Part shown: in pieces, positions 17,075 to 32,200 of the stretch
How the letters are laid out: each line of letters starts with the position of its first letter
Numbering within the stretch: the first letter of the stretch is position 1
NCBI RefSeq assembly: GCF_009914755.1
Contig: NC_060927.1
DNA: 64,000 nt
Strand: one strand, 5' to 3'
DNA from: the human T2T-CHM13v2.0 reference genome, Homo sapiens
The notes under the pieces: generated by a model
Databases searched by the model: none
Seen by the model: only the letters and a program-made list of their open reading frames with translations
What the model was told of the DNA's origin: nothing
Translations under genes and position numbers: made by a program

Positions 17075-17489
17075 TAGAAACAAATAACTCATACTTCAGC
17101 GTCCATTGTTTTATTAACATTAACTCTTGAGAAGCCAATATGTGTATGCCTCCGTATGTATTCTCAGTTATCCTCTGCAATCTGGATTACTCTCATTACT
17201 TACTTTAAGAATACTCGGAAGCATGAAAACAATGTGAATACGTGTGTGCAACATTACTGGGACTTCATCCCAAGGTTGCTGGCTTCTATGTATAAGCTGT
17301 GTTTCCAACATTCCCTTCCTGGCAGGCAGGGTAACTGAAGGACAGGGTCAAATCCAAATTTTTTTGTGGAGTTAAACAAACTTGCCAGGAATGTGATATT
17401 TCAGATCACTTAATCAAGGAAAAGGTGATGGTGGGGTTTGAATGGAGTTGCTTACACAGCAGGAAAGCATAAATCAGCAGCTCAAGTGA

Positions 17490-17633
<144 letters not shown>

Positions 17634-18960
17634 TAAATGCTTTACTTTAGGATTTTTTAAAGATGTAAATTATTTTCAATATCCCAGAGATTTAAAATTA
17701 AACAGAGGGATGAGGAAATTTCTAAAGGAGGATCACTGAGTTTTCTTATTTCAGAGCTTGTCAGGTTCTCTTCATGCTGCCTGATTCTAGAATATAATCA
17801 ACTCTAGTACAGATGGGTTGTAGTTCTAATAAGAGTGACAGTATCAAAATCCAAACCTTGTTTAAAAGGATGTTCCCAAGTTTTCAGAAGAGCTGTATTT
17901 TTTTATTTATTTTTTTAAAAAGCATAAAACAGATATTGAGCATATAAAAGATTTTCACATTGTAGCAGCCTTTCAGAGGCAGGACACGTGAACCGTGAAT
18001 GTTAAAAAGGAGGGGTGCTAGAAAGGTCTAAGTCTACCCTGCTGCTCTGCCTGTACCCCAAATAGCTTATTTCTGCTGGAACTCCATCCAAGTATAAATA
18101 TCCTAATTTATCATTTGTCACCGGTGGCATGTTTTTAAAGATTGATGCTTTTAGTCAATAGAGAAAGAGAAAATACTATCTTAAACAGAAAAATAAGATT
18201 CTTCCATAGCTCTGAGGCTGCTGATGGCAGGCTTGATCCTAGACAGAGGGGTGCAACCAGGAGAAGACCAGTATTTAAGTGAAATAGCAGCTCAGAAGTA
18301 TTGAAAATTATACCGGGGAATTCCAGATGGGCTTAAGCAGAAAAATGCTTAACATTTCAATTTGCTCAATCAGGGATAAAGAAATGGTGGAGTTCTAACA
18401 CATTTGGAGAGGACAAAGAAATACCTGATTTTTCCATTGCATGGTTGTAGTGTAATTTTTAAACCAGTACCCCCTAAGGATAAGCATTTAGTTTGTTTCC
18501 AGTTTGTTTTCCTGTTACTAACAGTGCTTCAATCAATATATTTTACACATATCCTGACCATGCTTCTGAGAGTACATTCTTAACAGTGCAATTGCTGGGA
18601 TATAAGGTATATGTATTTTACATTTTGATAGATAGTACCAAATTTCCTTACAAAAAGATTGTTCTACCAATTTGATATTACCAAATTGCCCCACAAAATG
18701 ATTGTTGACTTGCATCAATAGTGTATGATAGTGCTTATACAAAAAATTAATTTTCAGATCAAGTAATATATTTCTGTGTCACATTATGTTATAAAAGGAC
18801 CTTATGTTTTCTAGGACCTTAAGAAAATATGCAACTCTGTTCCACTTCTCCTGAGTTCAAAGTGAGGCCAGCCTGCTTCAAAGCCATTACACCCTTGGTT
18901 GAATTCCACCCTAGGATTGAAAGAGAGGAGGAAAACTGGGTTTAATATTTACTAGTTTGT

Positions 18961-19251
<291 letters not shown>

Positions 19252-20631
19252 AGAAAATTTACTAGTTTGTGATCCCCTCTCCCATGTTGGGAGTCTGAGT
19301 TGAGGATTTGGAGGAAGACTTGAGCTAACGGAATCCAGTGGAACTTATCTATGGGCAAGTTGAATGAGTCCTTAGCCTCTTCCCTTTATATTTTTGCCAA
19401 ATCAAAAAAGCCATATGAACAGGGAGCACACTAGGACCTTTTTCTCTCTGTTCAAATGAGAACCATATGTATTATATATACACTCTTTACCCAAAATTAA
19501 GATGATAATATATACAGACGATTTTGAGGTATATCACTTTTTGAAAAGCCAATGGATCAGAAAGACCTTAAAGATACCTGTATATAGATATAAAGTAATA
19601 GTAACTGCCAAATTTTAAATGCATGCTAAGTTCCAAGAAGTTCACTGAACATTTTTAAATGTACACTATCTCAATTTCTTTCAAGAGTTGTAGGTATATT
19701 CTCATTTTTCACTTAATGGAAATTAGCTCTTAGAGACATATGACTTGCAAATTTGAACCATGGTCTATGTGACTCCAAAGCCCCCACTTTTTCAACCATA
19801 TTACTGTGAAGTGCTAAAAACTGCTGAGTGAATTACCCTATCTAAACTACCTGATACCCAAACAGCAAAGAATCCACAGTACTTCTTGCGGTCCTTTACT
19901 AGCTATTTGACTTTATGTAAATTACCTAATATCTCTGTGTCCATGTTTCTTCTTCTGAGAATGCGGATATTAAAATACTATCTTCTAGGAGGATTAAATG
20001 AATAATTACATGTGAACTGCTTAAAACAGTACCTGGCACAAAGTAAGGACAAATGCTAACTGTTAACATCATCATCATCACTACTCCTTTCCAAGGGCTT
20101 AGGTGCTTACCCTGATAGTGAATATTCTTAGAATTTGGAGCTAGGACTATGTTCTAAAGCCATGAGCTCATAAACTCATCATCAATCAGTAAGTCCCTTC
20201 CACATTAAGAACTAAGGCTCAAAGAGAAGTATAAGACTAGGTCTTTATATTTGTAAGTTACTTACACTCTAGATATCAAACGAAATGTAACTCACATGAA
20301 GTGCTTCAATGTTGAATAGGTTGGTACAAACTCAAGTGCGGTAAGTGGTAAATCTGGGCTGATGTAGTCAGAGGAGACTTCCTGGAGGATCTTGGACATG
20401 AGCTTTCCAGGTTTTAGAGTGCAGGCATTCCAGATGAGGGAAACTGCTGAGGAGTGGAATGGAGGCAAGCCTGGTGGAAAGGAGTATGACTGGGCTGAAC
20501 CAGAGAGTGGGAACAGAGGGAGCAGAAAGAAATTAGATTTGGGTTGGGTTTTACCTTTAATTTGCAAAATTATTTCTATCATGACTCTCTTGAAACATTT
20601 GGGAATGGTTTTGTTCAGACTTTCAGAATGA

Positions 20632-20817
<186 letters not shown>

Positions 20818-23387
20818 GGTGAGTTTGATTTTCCACCAGGAAAAAAAGCAGAGAAAGGAAGAAAAGCGGCATTGTTCAGCTTTGTGCTGTGCTCAAACAA
20901 TCATAATGTGAAGATTGCTGTTTAAGAAATGGAGGACTTCCACTTAAATTGGCACATTTCCTCTAGTTTATGTTATCTACTGTTGAGATTATTAGAAAAT
21001 TAGAGTTGATATTACAGCAATTAGACTCTTGTGATACAAAAAAGAGGACTCTAAATTATTTTTATGGGTTCTTTTAGCATGTGTGTACCTCGTCAAATGA
21101 AGCTATAGAATGTGTCAGTGTTACATATAAACAATCTTGTTCTTATGGAAGTAGACAAGGTATGCCCTAATGCATTGTGCTAGCTGTAAGCATGGCATGA
21201 GACACAGAGCCTGCCCAATTCTAGCTCAGACACCTTCTGCAGTGCCCACAAGGGGTTGGTCTTGGGCTCAACTAAAGGCTGTCATACTCATGAGACTAAT
21301 ACAGACCATATTTGGCATGAATGTACTTAGAAAAATATAAGACAGGAAACAGCTTCCAGCAAGGCAACATCAGACATTTCTCTTCCTGTAGGAGCCCTTG
21401 CCATACCCATGCAGAACACATAGCTGTTTTCTTTAGTCCTTAGTTTACGGAGTGCAGATACAATACAAGGAAAAGAGGTTCACACCGGGTGGGTACAGGA
21501 GCTGCCCTGGCGTAAAACTTCACACCCCAGGGGCTGGAATCTCTTGTAATAATTCCATAGGCATAGCTTCCAGGGTCCCCACCATGGATTTGCCCAGCTA
21601 CAAAAGTCAACATACTCACAGAAACTCAAAGCTGTGGTTTTCTATTAGGTATACATTCCTCCCAGTTCAGATGGAATTTACCAATCAGGGGTCATTTTTA
21701 AGTAGTTCAAATTGCTTAGTAACACAGTTGACACATATCACCTTATCAAGTTACTAGGAGAATAGAGCTAGGGAGTCAACTGAAAGTAAAATTCTCATGA
21801 GAAGGGGAATGGAGTGAACTTTTTGCTTATACTTTCTCCCTCAACCCTTTTGTGGTAGAGGCACATCTGCTGCTGTTTTGCCCTGAAGGTATACCAACCA
21901 TCAGGTTGGGGAGAGTACTGGGGCTAGGGAGAAATTTTAGTTTGGCATTCAGAAGTTTTGTATATTGTCCAGCTCTGCCACCAATTGTATAATCTTACAC
22001 AAATAATTTCTCTACTTCAGTCCTTGGTCCAATAGAATGGAATCTTAAGTCTCAATCAAAAGGAATCATGGAAGGAGGGTTGAGATGAGAGGGAAGGTAA
22101 GAAATATTGCAGAGAGAAAGCTAATAAGTGACTCTTAAATATCAAACTGTGGCTGTAAATTACAGCAGAAAAACTTTTGACTTTAATAGTAAAATAACCT
22201 CTGAAATAATTGAAAATATAAAACATCTATTACATGTAATGTTATATATTGTCTATAAAATGTAAATTCAAGGACCAAAGCATTTGGCTACCTTATTATT
22301 GTGATAAAAGCAAGCCTTAAGGTTGGGGTAGTCATTTTTCTGACATGCAAATTTAATAAGATTAATAATTTACACAATTTGCATTGAATGCATCTGCCTT
22401 TACTTCTGATTATGGTACCTACTCTATGACATCCATAGTGACCTGTGAAATCAAGCCAGAGGAGAAAAAAATCATCTTCTATTTATACTTAGTGAAAGTA
22501 AAATATATTTCATTAAAGCCTATGTAAAGCATATATGATAATTATAAAATCTAGTTGCAGAAAAGTCTAGTTGTCAGGCTAACTACAGACACTCAACAAA
22601 GATGACCAACCAATAAATTAAATGGTTGGAACATGAAGCTAAGCTGTCCCCAAAGTATATCCTCCCTCTTCCTTCTTGCAGAGGGAAGCAGAGAATGACA
22701 GATGTGAGATTATTCAATGATGTCTAGGGAAAGGGGCAGTAGTCATGGGCCACTGATTTAAAATACATATTTAAAAATACATATTTTTAATTAGCTTGAA
22801 CAGAGAGCTAATAAAGTAGTGAAGAATTTCTGGGCCAAGATCTAGGAGAAGATAGAAATTTAGAGGGTTGGGTCTGGCATTTGGAGCTACTTTTTTCCTG
22901 GAAGAATATGACAATTCTAGAAAATGTGGCTGAAAGGCTGAGGAGTATTTTTAAAAGCTTTGCAAAACAAGGGGGACAAAAAACTTGAGTCAAGGTTGGG
23001 GCCCTGGTAAACCTTCTTCATTTGGGTAGGGACTCTAAAAGTCTATGCCCTAGTGGTAAGGGTTAACTGGAAGTAAACTATCCCTGGCATATGATATAGT
23101 TTAGCTTCTAATCATCTGAGTGATTTTAAAAATCTCAATCCCAGAAATTGAACTTAACGAGATCCTTGGTTTCTATTGCTTCAAGGAACCTGCCAGAAAA
23201 AAAATGTAAATTCTCTTTACAGAAAGTTAACATTATTCTAGACCTCTATTTTCACAATTTCTAGAACACAATCAAGAATATTCAGGTACGTGAGGAGACA
23301 TGACAGTCTGAACAAGTGGCAAAACAATAGATGATAGAAACAGACCTAAAAGGATCTAAAATATTGGAATCGTTAGACCCAGACTTT

Positions 23388-23588
23388 ATTTTTTCCATAA
23401 GTTATTGGGGTATAGGTGGTATTTGGTTGCATGAGTAAGTTCTTTAGTGGTGATTTGTGAGATTTTGGTACACCCATCACCAGAGCAGTATACACTGCAC
23501 CATATTTATAGTCTTTTATCCCTCATCCCCTTCCCACTCTTCCCCCCAAGTCCGCACAGTCCATTGTATCATTCTTATGCCTTTGTGA
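23388..23588 (-). mobile_element. 5'-truncated L1PB-like 3' end with TSD
   Basis: TSD TTAGACCCAGACTTT (23373-23387) / TTAGACACAGTCTTT (23589-23603); L1PB-type 3'UTR text. Confidence 0.8.
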
Positions 23589-23620
23589 TTAGACACAGTC
23601 TTTAAAATAACTATGTTGAC

Positions 23621-25434
23621 TACTGTGGACTTCTATCCTCCAGAACTATGGGAAAATACATTTCTGTTGTTTAAGCCATCTAGTCTATGGTGTTTGGTTA
23701 TGGCAGCCCCAGCTGACTAAGCCAGATTTTGGTACCAGGAGTTGGGTACTACTGTAACAAATACCTAAACATGTGGGAGTGGCCTTGCCACTGGTTATGG
23801 GTAGAAGCTGGAAGAGTTTTGAGGTACATACTATATATATGGACATTGAGGGTGATTCTGGTGAGTTGTCAGGTGGAAATATGGAATATGTTATTAGAAA
23901 CTAGAGGAAAGGTGACCCTTATTATAAAATGGCAAAGACCTTGACTGAACTGTGTTCTAGTGTTTTATGGAAGGAAGAACTTGCAAGCAATGAAATTGGA
24001 TATTTAGCTGAGGATATTTCTAAGCAAAGTGTTAAAGGAGCAACTTGGTTCCTCCTGACTGCTTATCATAAAATGTGAATGGCAAGAGATGAATTGAAGA
24101 AGGAAATGTTAAGCAAAAAGAAATCAGAATGTGAAGATTTGGAAAATTCTTAGCCTATTTATATTGGAAAAAACGAGAAAGCTCTTTCCAATGTGAATGC
24201 TAAGGGTGGGTTAACAGACATTTGATAAGTGTATGGGATCATATGAGCAGAAACATTGCAGGATGAAGTTAAGGAAGCCTATTGATTGGACTTCTTGAAT
24301 TAGACAGGATGGGATGATAGAACTATTCAGCTGCAAACATGCACTATTCTTCAAGAAGAAGGAAAAATGATTCCACAGGAGATCCAGAGATCATCAGGGC
24401 CATTGTCCCAGTTTCAACAGCCAGGTGGCTTTCACCATGAGCTTTGGAAGAAGGACCACCCAGTGGACCCCAGCTCAGCAGAGCTATGGGGTGGGACCCT
24501 GGGTCAGCAGAGCTACAGGGACAGGACACTTACCTAGAGCCATGGGGATGGGGCATTGTAGAGTCAAAGGGGCAGAGCCATGGGAATGATGTTGCCACCC
24601 CAGTGGGCTTAGAAAGCAAGACACTAAGCCAAAGAAGACTATACTCAAGAATTAAGATCCAGTGGAATTTGCCTTGCCAGGTCGTGGACTTGCTTAGGAT
24701 CCATCACCCATTTTTTTCTTCTGATTTTTCCCTTTTGGAAGGAAATATGTCTCCTATGCCTCTCCCACCATAGCATTTTGGAAGCACATAGTGTGGCTGG
24801 TTTCACAGGCTCATAGCTGGAGAATAATTTTGCCTCAGGACAAGTCATATCTTGAGTCTCACCCGTACTTCATTTGGATAATATTTATGAGACTTTGAAC
24901 TTTAGACTTTAGAGTTGACATGGGAATGAGTTAAGATTTTTGGTATTGTTGGTATAGAATGAATGTACTTTGCATGCAAGAAGAACATGAATTCTACCTG
25001 GGGTAGAATGCTTGTGGATTGAAATGTGTCCTTGAAAATGCGTATGTTGAAGCTATAACCCCCAATGTGGTATTTGGAGACAGGACCTTAGGGAGAGAAT
25101 TAGGTTTAGAGAAGGTAATGAGGGAAGAACCCTCATGATGGGGTTATTGCTTTTATGAGAAGAGACATCACAGTGCTTCTCCTCTCCTTCTTCCACTCCC
25201 CCTCTGCCATTCTCCCTCTCTCTCTCTTCCTTTCTCCCTCTCTTCCTCCATCTTCAATGTGAAGACACAGTAAGAAGGTGGCCATCTAGATGACAGGAAG
25301 AGAACTCTCAACCAAAACTAACCATGCTGTCACCTTGATCTTGGACTTGTAGCCTCTAGAACTGTGAGAAAAGAAATTTCTGCTGTAAGCTATCCAATCT
25401 ATGGTATTTTGTTATGACAGCCTGAGCTAAGACA
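23621..25434 (+). mobile_element. MLT1A-type MaLR provirus: deleted 5' LTR (23621-23724), internal region, 3' LTR (25009-25434)
   Basis: Two LTR 3' ends (..GACTAAGCCA / ..GAGCTAAGACA); internal start GATTTTGGTACCAGGAG; purine tract before the 3' LTR. Confidence 0.8.
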
Positions 25435-27039
25435 CTTACTCTGTTCACAGGGTAAATGCCAATATTGAAAATTTCAAGAGAACTGGACATAATAAAAATG
25501 ATATAGCAGATTTGAAGAAAATAGAAATTCCAGAATTTAAAAATACAGTAGCAAAAGTGAGAAACTCAGTGAATCTCTCCTGAGAGATATTTAGAAAGAA
25601 GCACAGAAAGACAAAAGGATAGAAATTACAGAAGAGAGAGAAGGATAGATTTAGAATAGCTTAATGATTTAGAAAAGGAGAAAGAGTGAGTAGGCATGGA
25701 CCACTGATTGAAGAAATTTCACTACTAAAGGAAGGAATAATATGTTGGGAGATCATATGGAATACGAATTTTCCAAAAACGATAAAAGACTTGTTTTCAA
25801 GAAGACTTCTTAACCCTAAGCAGAATAAATAAAAAGAAAACGATACCTAGATACACCTTAGAATACTAATACTGCTGAAAGCCAAAAAGAAAAAGAAAAA
25901 CCTTTAAAAGCATTCAGAGAAAAACGATAAATTACCTTCATAAGAGCAATAATTAAGCTGACAGTTGACTTCTCATCAGAAACAATGAAAGCCAAAAAGA
26001 TGGAATGATATGTTCAATATATTGAAATAGTAAAATAAAGTAGGATTCTAGGCAAACATATTCTTCATGCAAACATATTCTTCAAGAATGGCAACGAAAG
26101 ACATTTTCAGACAAATGAAACTAATAAAATTTGTCACTAGGAGATCTGCAACACAAGAAATTATTAAAGGGTACTTTTTAAGCAGAAGAAAAATTATCCC
26201 AGTTGGAAGGTTGGAAATAAATTTAAGGACAGGTATGTGGATTGGCTTATTGACTGCATAAAAAAATTATAAGAAACAGCAATAATAGGAGCAATGCAGT
26301 TATAAAACAAAAGAGTAATATATAAGTCAGAAGAGGGCTAAATGGATTAAATTTTTCTAAGGCACTTGCATTGTTTAGGAGGAGGATAAAAGTATAAGTT
26401 GACATTGATAACTCAATGATCCATGACAACTCAAGGATACATTTTGTAACCTCTAGGGTAACTCTGAAAGGATAATAAAGAGATATATGACATCTAAGCT
26501 AACAGAAGAAAATGGGACTAAATTTTCAAAACACTCAATACAAAAAGTGGATAGAAAGGAGAAAAAAGGAAACAGAACCAATAGAAAGCACTGAATAAAA
26601 TGGTAGATGCAAACCAAATTTTATCACTGACTACATTAAATGTAAATAGACAAAATATTCCAAGTAAAGTCAGAATTTACCAGACTGAATAAAAATCATA
26701 CTAAATTATATGCTGCTTGCAGGAAGCCTATATAAAATCTAAATATACAAATGGTTGTAAGTTAAAAGATTGAAAAAGATACCATAAAAACACCACCCAT
26801 AGAAAAGCAGATATAGCAATATTCATATCAAAGAAAACTTTAAGGCAGAAAGTATTAGAGAAAAAGAGGGACATGCCATAAAGATAAAGGTCTAATTTAT
26901 TGGGAAGATATAATGTCACAATTTAAATATACTTAATAGCACGGCCTCCCCCTAAATGTAGCAAAATTTAACAGAACTGCCTGGAGAAATAGACAAATCC
27001 ACAATAATTCTGGGAAATTTTAATCTTTATCAGGAACTA

Positions 27040-27462
<423 letters not shown>

Positions 27463-27799
27463 CTACAGAATGCATATTCTTGCCAAGGGCAGAGGGACAT
27501 TACCAGGGGAAAGAGAAACCAGAGGAGCTGTGTGGGCTGGCCTGATGGATTGGGGTACAGAGGAGCCCCCAGAGTAAGGCCAAATTTTCCCATATAATGT
27601 TAGCTTTAGGTTTTCGGTAGATACTGTTTTTCTGCTTGAGAAATGTTTGAATATCTCTTGTTATTTAATGAGTTATGTCAGTAATAAAATTCACTCAGTT
27701 CCATGGACTTAACCATTGACACTTCTATAATTTTTTGTTTTTTATGGGTTTTTATATATGTGTGTAGTTTGTTTGTTTGGTTGGTTGGTTGGTTTTTGG

Positions 27800-28835
27800 T
27801 CAGAAAGAGATGCTGAATATTCTGACTTGCACCATCATACTGACATTCAGTGATTCAGAGTGGTAAAGTTTCAGTGTGACTTTTTTCCAGCTCAGGGCCA
27901 AGATTGAGATTTTTCTAAGTAAGAACACCATCCTCAGCTACTGTTACAGAACACTGAATGGCTTTGGAAATTGGCTATTGCTGCAGACTTGGTAATATTT
28001 TTTAATGAATCTATCCTAATGTTGCAAGGCAAGCAAAACTTACATGCAGAGCTTATGCTATAGTAAAGTCCCTTCATTGGCAACTAACATTATTTGAATC
28101 CCAAATAATGTATTTCCTATGCTATGAAAAGTTAAAACAAGAAGGAAGATCTCCATTCCTACATATATTTGCATTGGATATATTTTCTGAGCCTAAACTA
28201 CTTTTCTAGTAGCATTTTTGGACCTTGAAACAAGTGCAAAGGAAATTTCAAAATTATTTATCTGCAATGGAAGCATGTTCATCTTACCTTCAAGTGGAAG
28301 TAGTTAATCTGTATTGTAATGACCTGCTAAAAAGAAAATATCAAGAGAAGAATCTAATAGAATTCTATAAATGCCTTCCAAGCAATAAATATGGATATTT
28401 ATATAAAAGTATATAATTGTGGATGGATACCAGTATTGGCCATACTGTTCTGAATGAAAAGACATTTTCAAAGATGAGATAGGGATGAGATGAGATAGGG
28501 AAAAATCTCATTTTCAAAGATGAAATGAGAAAGAGGAAAATCTAATTACACATCACTATTAATAAATGAACATTTGCAATCAATTTCAATGACTTGAACC
28601 GAAATTAAGCAAAATGTTATTCCCCCAAATAAGAATTCCATTCCTTTCATTAAGATAACTATATTACAGAAAACTATAGTCAATTATTAGTAGTGTATTT
28701 TGAATTTTATAAAAAATGTTGTGAAAATTTGTTTTCTCTTTTGTTAAATGAGTATCCTTGATTTTGTCATTTGGCTCACAAAACCTAAAATATTTACTAT
28801 TAAGCCCTTTTCAGAAAAAGTTTATCATTCCTTAC
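27800..28835 (+). mobile_element. hAT-Charlie (Charlie4-like) DNA transposon fossil: transposase C-terminus and right end
   Basis: Decayed peptides resembling Charlie transposases (YSDL.HHT..., LQVEVVNLYCNDLLK...LIEFYKCLPS); terminus CACAAAACCTAAAATATTTACTAT..AGAAAAAGTTT. Confidence 0.7.
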
Positions 28836-28839
28836 TCTA

Positions 28840-29240
28840 CAGCAATTACAATAAAGTAGAACTAAATATAACACATGGAAGAATCTCACAAATATGATAA
28901 GTACCATAATAAGCCAAATCCAAAAATAATCCACAGTATGAATTTATTTATATAAAGTTCAAAACCAACAGCATTAAACTATAGTGTTTAGGAATGCATA
29001 CTTAGAAAGTTAAGGTGTAACAAAATGCAAGAAAGTGACTACTGTAAAAATAAAATAAAAATCAGAATAGTGATTACCTTTAGGAGGTAAAGAGAGGATT
29101 GTGATTGGGAAGGGGTAAATGGGAGCTTATGGAATACTATTTCCTGACCTGTGTGATATTTACACAGATGAGTACTGTACATTAATTTATTAGGCTGCAC
29201 ATTGCTTTTAGGTACTTTCCTATATGTGTCATATTCTACA
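28840..29240 (+). mobile_element. L1ME-type 3' end fragment
   Basis: ATTTATATAAAGTTCAAAA..ATAGTGTTTAGGAATGCATACTTAG L1ME 3'UTR motifs. Confidence 0.65.
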
Positions 29241-32200
29241 GTTGAAAGTAATACAAAAACATATGAAAGTATAAAACTCATTGGTAAAAGTAAGTACACG
29301 GTCAAATTCAGAATATTCTAATACTGTAATGATGGTGTGTAAATCACTTTTTAGTATGAAGGTTAAAAGACAAAACTATTAAAAATAATATCTACAATAA
29401 TTTGTTAAGGGATACACAGCATAAAAAGATGTAAATTATGAAATTGAAAACACACGTGTTGAGGAGGGTGGATAAAAAGTGTAGAGTTCTTGCATGCAAT
29501 CAAATTTAAGTTGTTGCCAGTTTAAAATAGCCTATTGTAACTATAAGGTGTTTTATATATTCCTCATGGTAAGTACAAAACAAAAAACCTATATTAAATA
29601 CACAAAAGGTGAAGAGTAAGAAATCAAGGCATGGCGCTAGAGAAAGTCACCTAATTACAAAGGAATACAGCAAGAGAGGAAGAAAGGAATAAGGACCTAC
29701 AAAACAACCATAAAACAATGAACCAGATGATAGTAGTAAGTCTTTATCAATAATTACCTTGAATGTAATTAGATTAAATTCTCCAATTCAAAGACATAGA
29801 GTGGCTGAGTGGATAAAAACAAACAAATGAGACCTAACTATGTCCAGCCTACAAGAGTCTCACTTCACAGTTTAAGGACTCACATAGACTGAAAGTGAAA
29901 GGATGAAAAAAGATACTCAATGCAAATGGAAACCAAAATAGAACAAGTGTAACTAAACTTACATCAGATAAAATAGGTTTTAAGTAAAAAACTATAAAAT
30001 GAGACCAAAAAGGTCATTGTGTGGTGATAAAGGGGTCGATTCATCAAGAGGCTTTAACAATTATAAATATATGTGCACTCAACATTGGAGCCCCTAAATA
30101 TATAAAACAAATATTAATAGATATGGAGGGAGAGCTAGACTGTAATACAGTAATAGTGGGGACCTCCAGTATCCCACTTTCAGCAATGAACAGAACATCT
30201 AGACAAAAAATCAATAGAGAAACATCAGACTTACACTACACCTTAGACCAAATGGACCTAACAGACATATATAGAATATTCCATCCAGCAGCAGCAGAAT
30301 ACACATTCTTCTCAAATACACACAGAACATTCTCCAAGACTGATGACTGATAATAAGCCTAACAAACTTAAGAAGATTGAAATTATAGCCAGTATTTTTT
30401 CCAACCACTGTGGTATATAAAATAGAAATCAGTAACAGGAGGGATTTCAGAAAATTCAGAATTACATGGAAATTAAACAACATGGTCCTGAACAACAAGA
30501 AGTCAAAGAAGAAATGAAAAGGGAAATTAAAAAAAAAACCTTGAGGCAAATGAAAATGGAAACACAAGACATAGTTATGGGATGCAACAAAAGCAGTTCT
30601 AAGAGGGAAATTTATAGCAATATGTGCTTGCATCGAAAAAGAAGAAAGATCTCAAGTAAACAACGTAATATTACACCTCAAAGAACTAAAAAAAGAACAA
30701 CAAATGAAACCCAAAATTAGTAGAAGGAAAGAAATAATAAAGATTAGACCAGAAATAAGTGAAATAGAAACTAGAAAAATAATAGAAAAGATCAACAAAA
30801 CTAAAATTCGGTATTTTGAAAAGATAAAATTGACAAACCTTTAACTAGACTACTTAAGGCCAAAGAGGGAAGACTTAAGGAAAATCAGAAGTGAAAGAGG
30901 AGACATTACAACTGATACCACAGAAATGCAAAAGATAAGACTACTATAAACAATTATATACCAACAATTTGGACAATCTAGAAGAAATGGATGTCTAGAC
31001 ACATGCAACCTATCAAGATTGAACCATGAAGAAAATAGAAAATCAGAATAGACCAATAATAAGTAAGAAGATTGAATCAGTAATGAAAAGACTCTCATCA
31101 AAGAAAATCCCAGGCAGGACCCAATGGCTTCACTGCTGAATCCTACCAAATGTTTAAATTTCAGTCTTCCAAAAAAATTGAAGAGGAGGGAATACTTCCA
31201 AACTCATTTTACAAGGTTAGCATTACTCTTGTTTCAAAACTAGACAAGGATACTACAAGAAAGAAAAATTACAGGCCAATATCCCTGATTAACGTGGATG
31301 CAAAAATTCTCAAAAAAAGTAACAAACTAAATTCAACAAATTAAAAGGATCTTTCACTATGATCAAGTGGGATTCATCCTACAGATGCAAGAATGGCTCA
31401 ACATACACAAATCTATAAATGTGATATACCATATTAACAGAATAAAGGACAAAAATCACATGATCTTATCAATAGATTCAGAAAAAAAATTTGACAAATT
31501 CAATATTCTTTCATGACAAAAAAAACTCTTAACAGATTCATTATAGAACAAATGTACCTCAACATAGTAAAGTCCATATATGACAAACCCACAACTAACA
31601 TCATTCTCAACAGTAAAAAGTTGAAGCCTTTTCTTCTATGATCAGAAACAGACAAGGATGCTCCACTCTTGCTACTTCTATTCAACATAGTACTGGAAGT
31701 CTCAGCCAGCACAGTTGGGCAAGAGAAAGAAATAAAAGGCACCCAAATTGGAAAGGAAGAAGTTAAATTGTTTTTCTTTGCAGGTGACATGGTCTTATAT
31801 ATAGAAAACCCTAAAGACTCCAACAAAAAAACTAATAGAAATGATAAAGTAATTAATTTACGGGTACAAAATCAACATACAAAAATCAGTAGCATTTCTA
31901 TACATTAACAACAAACTATACAAAAAAGAAATCAAGAAAACAATCCCATTTATAATAGCTACAAGGAAAAAAATAAAATACTTACTTAGGAGTAAATTGA
32001 ATCAAGGAGACCTGTACATTGAAAACTATCAAACATTGATGAAAGAAATTAAAGAAGACACAATTAAATGAAAAGATATCCTGTGTTCATGGATTGGAAG
32101 AATTAATATTGTTTAAACATCCATGCTACTTAAAGCAATCTACAGATTCAATGCAATCTCTATCAAAATTCCAATGACATTTTTCACAGAAATAGAAAAG

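Noticed and set aside
26051-26085. 17-bp tandem duplication GCAAACATATTCTTCA (similar small ones near 22760, 28465 and 41915)
   Set aside because: Ordinary slippage duplications, mostly in decayed repeats. Two copies only, so not a CRISPR-like array.
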